Shown here one piece after another: positions 7,772 to 14,899 of a stretch of DNA of 32,000 bases. The position numbers were made by a program, and so were the translations under genes. The stretch's first letter is position 1. Each line of letters starts with the position of its first letter. The notes under the pieces were generated by a model. That model worked only from the letters and a program-made list of their open reading frames with translations, made no database searches and was not told the origin of the DNA. This DNA comes from an archaeon (GTDB taxonomy: Archaea > Nanobdellota > Nanobdellia > Woesearchaeales > JBDRIN01): NCBI GenBank assembly GCA_043815805.1, contig JBDRIN010000004.1, positions 1-32,000 of the forward strand. The letters run 5' to 3'.

Positions 7772-8971
7772 ATGCGACGCATCATGTCAGTTTTTGTAAT
7801 CGCCGCACTCATGTTGGGAGGCTGCGTCGGCACCATGCCTCCGCCAGCACAAGAGACCACCATGACGCTGATGACCATCCAGGGCAGCGACAAGGAAAGG
7901 AACGAGCTGACTCCTGCACAAAAAGCAGTGCAGCTGGCTGGCGAGTTCTACAGCGTGAGAGAGATCGACAAGGCTATTGAGAAGTATCAGGAAGCCTTGG
8001 TTCTCGATCCAGACATGATCGACGCGTATCTTGGACTCGCCAGGATTTATCTGGTTGAGATCCAGGACTACGACAAGGCCCTGGCGATGTATCAGGCGGC
8101 GAGCGAGAGAGCTCCTCAGGATGCATACACCAGGACTGCTCTGGCCTATGCCTACTTCGTAGTCGGCAGGTACGAGGAGTCGATCGCAGAGTACGTGGTT
8201 GCCGTGGGGATTTCGTCAGAGGATGCCGACGCATTCCTTAACCTTGGCTATGCATACGCAAAGGTCGGCGATGATGTCAGCGCGATCAATGCGTATCGCC
8301 GGGCAGCAGAGCTTTCGCCCCAGGATGGTAGGATCGTGCAGCAGCTTGCACATCTCTACTACACCAACGGCATGTACGACCACGCCATCGCCGCGTACGA
8401 ACAGCTGCAGCGACTTGGAGCGGCAAGTGACCACTCCTTATCTACGCTCGGCTTTCTATACATGAAAGTTGGAGCTTACGGCAAGGCAGAGTCGGTCTTG
8501 CTTGCATTGCTTGAGAGGGAACCCGACAACTTTGATGCGCGGGCCAACCTGGCTAGCATCTATAGGTCGACCTCAAGATTTGCTGAGGCGATTGAGCAGT
8601 TCAACACGCTCGTTGAGATGCAGCCTGGCAACCCGACCTACTTGGCTGCTCTGGCTGACGCTTACAACGACGCCGGCAGGTACGGAGACGCCATAGTTGC
8701 CGCTAGGAGGCTGTTGGTGGTTTCACCGGGGCATGGCAGTGCATACCTTGCATGGGCCAAGGCTTTGGAGAAGCAGGCCGATGCTTTGGTGGAGGCAGAA
8801 GGGTTCGACGCTGCAGTAGTGATGTATGAGAACGCGATTTCCAAACTGGAAGAGGCTCGGAGGGATCCTCAGTGGAGGTCGCATGCAGTGAAGGAGATCG
8901 ATAGGCAGAACCAGCATATCGAGAGGGCAAAGCAGAAGGAGCGGGACGAGATCTACAACAGGGACAAGTAG
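7772..8971 (+). CDS. TPR-repeat lipoprotein
   Basis: AAGGAG lies 6-7 nt upstream. N-terminus MRRIMSVFVIAALMLGG|C is a signal peptide plus lipobox. There are multiple 34-aa TPR-like units (e.g. AYLGLARIYL...YDKALAMYQAA, AFLNLGYAYAKVGDDVSAINAYRRAAELSP). Confidence 0.75.
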   Translation: MRRIMSVFVIAALMLGGCVGTMPPPAQETTMTLMTIQGSDKERNELTPAQKAVQLAGEFYSVREIDKAIEKYQEALVLDPDMIDAYLGLARIYLVEIQDYDKALAMYQAASERAPQDAYTRTALAYAYFVVGRYEESIAEYVVAVGISSEDADAFLNLGYAYAKVGDDVSAINAYRRAAELSPQDGRIVQQLAHLYYTNGMYDHAIAAYEQLQRLGAASDHSLSTLGFLYMKVGAYGKAESVLLALLEREPDNFDARANLASIYRSTSRFAEAIEQFNTLVEMQPGNPTYLAALADAYNDAGRYGDAIVAARRLLVVSPGHGSAYLAWAKALEKQADALVEAEGFDAAVVMYENAISKLEEARRDPQWRSHAVKEIDRQNQHIERAKQKERDEIYNRDK

Positions 8972-8988
8972 GGGAAAGAAGAAGTCCT

Positions 8989-9217
8989 ATGTCGACCAGG
9001 CCAACATTTGAACTGGCAGAATCAATCGAAGAAGTCATGAAGGCGCGGGGTTACGAGAACAGCTGGAGACGCTACGAGATTGAGGCTTTCGCCAAGGAGA
9101 TCGGACTGGAAGACGACGCGGTATCTCGAGATAGTACTCACTCCAGGCAAGGCAGATCCTCTGAAGAAGAAGGAGCTCGAGAGCATCAACGCCTGGATAT
9201 TCAAGTGGGCGAGGTAG
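8989..9217 (+). pseudogene. Small hypothetical gene whose coding frame appears to shift by +1 near 9105-9125
   Basis: The track ORF 8989..9234 looks protein-like up to ...FAKEIGLEDD, then becomes low-complexity (SRDSTHSRQGRSSEEEG...). The +1 frame over 9122-9214 reads YLEIVLTPGKADPLKKKELESINAWIFKWAR* and has much higher third-position G/C in my hand count (about 23/32 versus 15/37). Confidence 0.4.
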
Positions 9218-9239
9218 AGGTGAGAAGGAGGTGAACGAT

Positions 9240-9587
9240 TTGAAGAAAGCCCTAATCACATTCGCAGGGATGATCGTGTTTGCGCTTATCGTGGCGGTGA
9301 TAGCGTCTTTTGTGGACGACCCGAACGATATGACTACAACCGTGCTGGTTACCATCTTCGTGACCATGATTGTCTCTTTCATGGCGACCCAAGACGGACA
9401 GCGAGGCGCCCTCATAACCGTGCTGGTAGCAGTGTCGATGATTGGCGGCTGCAGCGTGGGTCTGATGGCGCCATGGAAAGAACCTGTTGTCCAGACCGAA
9501 GTGACGACAGATGTCGAGGACAACGGCGACACCGACACGACACTGACAGTCTGGGAGGAAGGAGGACAGGATGTTCCAGATCACTAG
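9240..9587 (+). CDS. Small membrane protein (about 3 TM) with acidic C-terminal tail
   Basis: The track starts at GTG 9231, which lies inside the SD AAGGAGGTGA. TTG at 9240, 8 nt after GGAGG, gives MKKALITFAGMIVFALIV... and is the more plausible start. Confidence 0.5.
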   Translation: MKKALITFAGMIVFALIVAVIASFVDDPNDMTTTVLVTIFVTMIVSFMATQDGQRGALITVLVAVSMIGGCSVGLMAPWKEPVVQTEVTTDVEDNGDTDTTLTVWEEGGQDVPDH

Positions 9588-9882
9588 GCGCATCCTGGGG
9601 AACAACAGAGGGGATACCCTGGTGGCCATGGCAGGGTTCATGGTGTTCGTCTTCCTCCTCTTGACTCTGCTTGCGCATTGGGGCATTTACGGATTCCCCC
9701 AGGGCGTAATCGTGGAGCTCGGAACAGTAAGTGCCAACACAAGTAGTGCGGGACTCTACGAACCAATAGAGCTTCCCGAGTGGGCTGGTGCTTTGCTGTT
9801 CGCAATGCCATACATCATCATATTCACGGTGCTCACTTTGCTAGAGAAGCCCAAGAAGCTCGTAGCGGAATGTACTGACTAG
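9571..9882 (+). CDS. Small membrane protein (2-3 TM)
   Basis: ORF track. GGAAGGAGGA lies upstream of ATG 9571. It overlaps the previous ORF by 17 nt. Third codon positions are G/C-rich. Confidence 0.5.
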   Translation: MFQITRRILGNNRGDTLVAMAGFMVFVFLLLTLLAHWGIYGFPQGVIVELGTVSANTSSAGLYEPIELPEWAGALLFAMPYIIIFTVLTLLEKPKKLVAECTD

Positions 9883-9902
9883 AACCTCCATCATCGTACG
9901 AA

Positions 9903-9942
9903 GAGGCAGAACTCAAGGCTGTTAATCTTGAAGTTCTGCCTC
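9903..9942 (+). terminator. Strong stem-loop closing the GC-rich gene block (no adjacent U-tract)
   Basis: GAGGCAGAACTCAAG (9903-9917) pairs with CTTGAAGTTCTGCCTC (9927-9942) with one bulge and a 9-nt loop. It lies 21 nt after the stop at 9882. A T7 run occurs only at 9980-9986. Confidence 0.4.
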
Positions 9943-10019
9943 GCCTAAGCGTGATTGTGTGAGCAACTGGATTTCCGGCTTTTTTTATGTACTATTTATT
10001 TTCTATATGGAAAGTTATT

Positions 10020-10692
10020 CTTACAGGTCAGGCCCCCCAAGCCCTTAAGGGCGTGGTACCATGGCCTGACCTGCGAATTGCTTGAGGGATTTCTGCAATC
10101 CGTACTGCCCCGTTGTGTTGCTCTCCCTGATGTAATGGTCTATCACCCCTCCTGTTACACTCCCCACGGTTCTCGAGAATGTGAAGGAACTCCACAACGC
10201 TTTGTACTTTCTCCTCCATGTCTGCATTTTGCGTATCTTGTAGCTTGTGTAGCCTTTCAATAGTTGAAAGGCTTTTGCCACAGACATGGTCCGTGGCAGA
10301 CGCACAAAGACGTGTACATGATCCTTCATGACTTTGCACTCGAACACTTCGATGTCGTGCTTTTTCGCCGCAACCTCTATCAGGTTGCGGCATAGCTTTG
10401 CCATACCCTCACCCTCGAAAGTTGGGTAACGATACTTGGTCACCCAGATCATGTGGTACGTGTTTTGGCTCACTCCGTGAGCCGATTTAGTCAGAACTTC
10501 GTATTCCATATTTAGCACCTCCGCAAATTTTTTATACTAGCGAGGCATAGCTAACACTAACTTAGACGTTGTTTGAATGCGTCGGCTACGCCACGCATTC
10601 ATTCTTATATTTTCTCGAGAATAAATAGGTTTTGCTTCGCAAAACCTAAAGGGGCTTCACTCGACGGGCTGAAGCCCGCAGTACCTCGCCCC
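10020..10692 (-). mobile_element. IS200/IS605-family insertion sequence (tnpA only); boundaries approximate
   Basis: A Y1 transposase ORF is flanked by subterminal hairpins typical of the family: 10024-10073 (CAGGTCAGGCC...GGCCTGACCTG with an inner GCCCTTAAGGGC), 10574-10601 (TGAATGCGT...ACGCATTCA), 10627-10647 and 10652-10677. The whole unit is bracketed by similar AT-rich hairpins at 9994-10019 and 10693-10718. Confidence 0.6.
10045..10518 (-). CDS. tnpA: IS200/IS605-family Y1 (HUH) transposase TnpA
   Basis: Motifs are YHMIWVTKYRYP, the HUH motif HVHVFV, LKGYTS, LWSS..F.RTVG and a C-terminal HYIRES tyrosine motif. The last ~9 codons run into the terminal hairpin. Confidence 0.85.
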   Translation of the reverse strand: MLNMEYEVLTKSAHGVSQNTYHMIWVTKYRYPTFEGEGMAKLCRNLIEVAAKKHDIEVFECKVMKDHVHVFVRLPRTMSVAKAFQLLKGYTSYKIRKMQTWRRKYKALWSSFTFSRTVGSVTGGVIDHYIRESNTTGQYGLQKSLKQFAGQAMVPRP

Positions 10693-10754
10693 ATTTATTT
10701 TCAGTATAGAAAATAAATAGGTTTTTATACTTATATATTTATATAATAGGAAAG

Positions 10755-10913
10755 ATGGCGCTGAAGACAGTCAAAAAAGGATGCCCTGCATGCGGCGGGG
10801 ACGTGGTAGGGAATGATGAGTTCAGGTTCTTCTGCAAGAAATGCAACATGCTCTTCAAGGAAAGAGACCTGAAAAAAGAGAAGAAGGAAGATAAAAAAGA
10901 TGCCAAGCAATGA
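10755..10913 (+). CDS. Small zinc-ribbon protein (52 aa) with K/E-rich tail
   Basis: Hand-translated as MALKTVKKGCPACGGDVVGNDEFRFFCKKCNMLFKERDLKKEKKEDKKDAKQ*. It has two CxxC pairs. An AT-rich TATA-like tract lies immediately upstream. It is too short for the ORF track. Confidence 0.5.
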   Translation: MALKTVKKGCPACGGDVVGNDEFRFFCKKCNMLFKERDLKKEKKEDKKDAKQ

Positions 10914-10917
10914 AAAG

Positions 10918-10925
10918 TTTAAATA
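10918..10925 (+). promoter_or_regulatory. TATA-box-like element upstream of the HAD-family gene
   Basis: TTTAAATA lies about 25 nt upstream of ATG 10950, which implies a leaderless or very short-leader transcript. Confidence 0.4.
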
Positions 10926-10949
10926 GTAATAATATTTTCTTATTCTGGG

Positions 10950-11777
10950 ATGGTGATTGAAAGATTAGAACTAGAGGTGGTAATAGCTGATATTGATGAT
11001 ACTCTAGCCGATTGTCTAAAGTATTACAGGGCAGTCAACCTCATGAACACAAGAATTCTACAGAGAAATCTCTTCCATCTTGATCTGGGGGATGATGACG
11101 TGAAGCCTGTGGTGAAGAGAATTTCTGATGAGCTAGAGCTGAGCCTTGGCAGGAGCAGGAAAAGATATCAGGAAACTTGGAGAAGAGTGTATGAACATTT
11201 TCTTAAGAAAGCCATTAAAGGCGCAGAGGTCGATGAAAATTCTCCCATGTTCAAAGAGATCATAGCAAACACAGAGATGCCCTATGCAAGAGAGACCTAT
11301 GAAAAGAACGGTCTCATGCCAGGAGTGGAAGGCGCGCTTGATTACTTAGTATCAGAAGGCGTTAGGTTATGCCTCTTGACAAGAGAAACTTTGTTTGACG
11401 GAGAACCTTCAACCCAAGACTTGAAGATAGATGCACTTGGCTTGAGGCAAGAAAATCCTGATGGTACAAGAAGATGGTTTGAGGATAGATACACCAAGAT
11501 CGTGCCTGAGAAGACAGTAGGTGATTTCGAAGAGCTATTGGGTGGTGTTGCTCCTGAGCGCGCAGCAACCATAGGTGACTCATGGCAAGACATCTGGCCC
11601 GGAGTGGACAGGCTCAACATGTGGGGTTTTCACGTCTATGATCCTGAGGGTTGGAATCCTGGAACTCCTCCTGAAGCATTCCATAATCATCCAAGGATAA
11701 AAAGAATCCCTGAGTTCGCGCTGATGCCAGAAATATATCCTTGGCTTAATGAAATCTTTATGTATAGACAGGAATAA
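10950..11777 (+). CDS. HAD-superfamily hydrolase
   Basis: The N-terminal motif I is VIADIDDTL (DxDxT). A late GDSWQDI acidic motif is present. Specific substrate unknown. Confidence 0.6.
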   Translation: MVIERLELEVVIADIDDTLADCLKYYRAVNLMNTRILQRNLFHLDLGDDDVKPVVKRISDELELSLGRSRKRYQETWRRVYEHFLKKAIKGAEVDENSPMFKEIIANTEMPYARETYEKNGLMPGVEGALDYLVSEGVRLCLLTRETLFDGEPSTQDLKIDALGLRQENPDGTRRWFEDRYTKIVPEKTVGDFEELLGGVAPERAATIGDSWQDIWPGVDRLNMWGFHVYDPEGWNPGTPPEAFHNHPRIKRIPEFALMPEIYPWLNEIFMYRQE

Positions 11778-11818
11778 AGAAGAACTAAAGGTCGTAGCAG
11801 GCAGCGCAGAGCGCTGTT

Positions 11819-12787
11819 ATGGAAAACCTTTTAAATCACTCTAAGTTTTTTCTTTCTATGTTCATACATACCATCGATCCGACATTATTTAGCCTGGGAC
11901 CTTTCCCAGTGCGCTTCTATGGCATTGTCTATGCAGTTGGATTCCTGTTCATGTATTTTTACCTTTATCAGGCAGCCAAGAAAGGCAAGATAAAAAACCT
12001 GAAGCCTGTGGATGTTGATTGGCTCGTGATATTCTTGATTATCGGCGTCCTAGTAGGAGCTAGATTCTTTGAAGTCGTAGTATACAATCCAGGATATTAC
12101 TGGCAATATCCACTAGATATCCTTAAGATATGGCAGGGCGGCTTGAGTTTCCACGGAGCCTTGCTGGGAGTTTTCATCCTGACTTGGCTCTACTCAAGAA
12201 AAAGAGACATCAACCTGTTCGAGATATTAGATGTTGCTGTGATTCCTCTGACAATATTTTTGTTCCTGGGAAGAATCGCTAACTTTGTTAATGGAGAACT
12301 GTGGGGAACAGTGACCAATGTTCCCTGGTGCGTAAAATTCCAGGGAGTGGAAGGATGCAGGCACCCATCGCAGATATACGAATCCCTAAAGAATCTGGGA
12401 TTGTTCTTCATACTTTTCTTCACTTCAAAACACAAGAAAGACAGGAAACCAGGATTCATATTCTGGCTGTTCGTATTACTATATGGTATATTCCGATTTG
12501 TCATAACCTTCCTGCGCTTCGACGACCTGTATTGGGGATTGAGCAAAGGACAATGGTTGTGCGTTGTCATGATAATCCTGGGCGCCTACATGCTTTACAG
12601 GATGAAAAAGCAAAAAGAATTTAAAGTTAAGAAAAAAGAGAAAATAAAAGAAAAAAAAGAAGAGAAGAAAGAAGAAAAGGCAGAAAAGAAAGAAGAACCT
12701 GTTGAAGAAGAGCAAGTAAAAAAAGAGAAAGAAGTCGAACAGCAGGTCGCTGTGGACGAGCAAGCTTCGGAGGAAAAAAATGATTAA
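11819..12787 (+). CDS. lgt: Prolipoprotein diacylglyceryl transferase (bacterial-type Lgt) with K/E-rich C-terminal tail
   Basis: Lgt-typical blocks are FSLGPFPVRFYGIVYAVGF, WQGGLSFHGALLG, GRIANFVNGELWG and RHPSQIYES. The start could instead be Met14 (11858). The last ~60 aa form a KEKK/EEKK low-complexity tail. Confidence 0.85.
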   Translation: MENLLNHSKFFLSMFIHTIDPTLFSLGPFPVRFYGIVYAVGFLFMYFYLYQAAKKGKIKNLKPVDVDWLVIFLIIGVLVGARFFEVVVYNPGYYWQYPLDILKIWQGGLSFHGALLGVFILTWLYSRKRDINLFEILDVAVIPLTIFLFLGRIANFVNGELWGTVTNVPWCVKFQGVEGCRHPSQIYESLKNLGLFFILFFTSKHKKDRKPGFIFWLFVLLYGIFRFVITFLRFDDLYWGLSKGQWLCVVMIILGAYMLYRMKKQKEFKVKKKEKIKEKKEEKKEEKAEKKEEPVEEEQVKKEKEVEQQVAVDEQASEEKND

Positions 12788-13451
12788 GCTTCCGGTCATC
12801 ATGATAAACTTCAAGACCTATGAGAAAGCAACAGGCGAGAAAGCAGAAGAACTCGCTTTGTTGTGCGATAAAGTTTCTAAGGAAACAGGAAAGAACATCG
12901 CTGTCTGCGTGCAAGCAGGAGATATCTTTAGAGTTTCTCAAAAAGTATCTATCCCTGTGCTTGCCGAACACCTAGATCCTGAAGAACCTGGCAAACATAC
13001 AGGCGACATAACAGGCGAAGACATAAAATCAAATGGCGCCATCGGAACCTTATTGAATCATTCTGAAGATCGTTATCAATTGGATCTCCTGGAGAAAGCT
13101 GTTGTAAAAGCAAAAGAGCTCGGCCTGATCAGCGTTGTCTGCGCAAACAACAGCGAAGTGGCAGAAGCAGTCGCTGCTTTTGAGCCAGACATGATCGCTA
13201 TCGAACCGCCAGAATTGATTGGCACCAAGATTTCTGTCAGTGAAGCAAAGCCAGAATTTGTGACAAAGACAGTCGATAAGATAAGAAAGATACATCCAAA
13301 CGCAGTCATCTTATGTGGAGCAGGCATACACAACGCAGAAGACGTCAAGAAAGCGATTGAATTAGGAACTCAAGGTGTTCTCTTGGCAAGTGCTGTCACC
13401 CAGGCAGATAATCCAGAAGAAGTTCTAAAAGAATTAGCTAAAGGCCTTTAG
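12780..13451 (+). CDS. tpiA: Triosephosphate isomerase, short archaeal type
   Basis: 223 aa. Motifs are MINFKTY, LLNHSE, IAIEPPELIG and CGAGI. It overlaps the lgt stop by 8 nt. Confidence 0.85.
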   Translation: MIKLPVIMINFKTYEKATGEKAEELALLCDKVSKETGKNIAVCVQAGDIFRVSQKVSIPVLAEHLDPEEPGKHTGDITGEDIKSNGAIGTLLNHSEDRYQLDLLEKAVVKAKELGLISVVCANNSEVAEAVAAFEPDMIAIEPPELIGTKISVSEAKPEFVTKTVDKIRKIHPNAVILCGAGIHNAEDVKKAIELGTQGVLLASAVTQADNPEEVLKELAKGL

Positions 13452-13993
13452 GGCACAAGCACATATATCTTGTTGAAGGTTCCTGTGTAGAGATTGCTCG
13501 GAGGATCTCCTGTACAAGCGCCTTCGCAGACATAGACATTGAATATATACGTGCCTTTCTTCGCGTCTTTAGGGACTGTTATCAAAATCAATCGAGCATT
13601 GTATTGGTCCTTCTGTATTTCTCCAAAATTATTACTTTGGACTACCCACGTGCCAAAAGGCGTTATTTGGTTGCCGTCATAGTCGACTGCTTTGTCTGGC
13701 TTCACCTCCAAGGCGAAGTATTGCGAAGTGGGAAACTCGTTGCTAACTCCGATAGAGAAAGAGTTGGTGTTGTCCCGTTCTATCTCTTTCTGCACATCAG
13801 GTATCGCGATTAATTTCCCCTGGGCCAGGACAGATTCTATCCTGCTCCTTGTCCTGTCAGATAATGTTTTTTCGAAATCAGCGCTTTCCCTGAAGACAGT
13901 GTAGAATAAAGTGAGGCCCAGCACAAAGAGAACTATGGCCACTATTAGTATGACAAGAAAATTTACCGCTATCTGCACTCCTTTCTTGTTCAT
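13448..13993 (-). CDS. Archaeal type IV pilin-like / class III signal-peptide protein
   Basis: The N-terminus MNKKG|VQIAVNFLVILIVAIVLFVLGL has a short basic leader, a small residue and a long hydrophobic helix. It is followed by a beta-rich domain. Family not recognised. Confidence 0.45.
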   Translation of the reverse strand: MNKKGVQIAVNFLVILIVAIVLFVLGLTLFYTVFRESADFEKTLSDRTRSRIESVLAQGKLIAIPDVQKEIERDNTNSFSIGVSNEFPTSQYFALEVKPDKAVDYDGNQITPFGTWVVQSNNFGEIQKDQYNARLILITVPKDAKKGTYIFNVYVCEGACTGDPPSNLYTGTFNKIYVLVP

Positions 13994-14009
13994 TTTGAAA
14001 AAAGAAAAA

Positions 14010-14237
14010 TCATTTCATGTATTCGTACTCACGCACGATCATGACCATGAAGAGTATGAACAGTATGGCACCCGCTATCAGTATCAAAAAGCTGTAGCCT
14101 AAGGTATCTGGATAGGTAATCATGCGCCAGAAGCCGAAACCGACCACAAACACGCATAACCATAAAAACTTGTCAAGCACCAGCTTCATGACTTCGAATT
14201 CTTCTTGTTTAGTTAGGTTTTTCTTCATGATTATCAC
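14010..14237 (-). CDS. Small membrane protein (2 TM)
   Basis: ORF track. Hydrophobic segments are FLWLCVFVVGFGFW and FLILIAGAILFILFMVMI. It overlaps the upstream pilin-like ORF by 4 nt. Confidence 0.45.
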   Translation of the reverse strand: MIIMKKNLTKQEEFEVMKLVLDKFLWLCVFVVGFGFWRMITYPDTLGYSFLILIAGAILFILFMVMIVREYEYMK

Positions 14238-14722
14238 CCTCTGATCTCTATGTCAAAGTCTTTGGAATATTTGACGCCAGGAGAAGCACCCATAGTTATG
14301 TCCGCTTCGCAAAGATATGTGCCTGCAGGAGCTCTATCTGTCTCAAGTATAAGCAGGTACTCGACCGTCTGTGAAGAAGGAATGTCCTTCGGGTTCACTT
14401 GTATAGACGCGAAGGTTATGGTATTGCAGGTCACATTGATAACCTTATTGACAACAGGCGTATCTGTAGGATTATAGACCTTGGCTTTCACGACCTGCGT
14501 ATCCGTGCTCTCCATGATCTTATGTTCACTGGACAGAGTTATCGGCTCTGAAAAACTAGGAGCATCTGGCTCTGGCTCGTTGGCAGCCAACTCATCTATA
14601 TTCTGTGTCAAACTGCCAAACATGCCTCTGATAAATCCCAAAGCTAGACCCAACACAACGATTCCTATAATCATCACTATAATCATATTTATGCTAAGAT
14701 TGATAGAAGCTTTCTTCTTCAT
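14234..14722 (-). CDS. Archaeal type IV pilin-like / class III signal-peptide protein
   Basis: The track starts at GTG 14731. ATG at 14722 is preceded by GAGGTG and gives MKKKA|SINLSINMIIVMIIGIVVLGLALGF. Confidence 0.45.
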   Translation of the reverse strand: MKKKASINLSINMIIVMIIGIVVLGLALGFIRGMFGSLTQNIDELAANEPEPDAPSFSEPITLSSEHKIMESTDTQVVKAKVYNPTDTPVVNKVINVTCNTITFASIQVNPKDIPSSQTVEYLLILETDRAPAGTYLCEADITMGASPGVKYSKDFDIEIRG

Positions 14723-14831
14723 GCTACACACCTCTTTTTTATAATATTATAATACCATGTAATAATATTCCAGTATTAGAGTAAAGAGTTTATAAATGTT
14801 TCTTTTTTATCTGTATTAGCATATAGAAACC

Positions 14832-14839
14832 TTTATAAA
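14832..14839 (+). promoter_or_regulatory. TATA box (TTTATAAA) upstream of rps19e
   Basis: AAACC-TTTATAAA-GAGG lies about 60 nt upstream of ATG 14900. The same octamer recurs at four other promoters in the AT-rich part. Confidence 0.5.
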
Positions 14840-14899
14840 GAGGACGTTGTTCTTCTGCTTTGGTTTAGAGGTTCTGTAGGAATACTTATAGGTGTAAAA

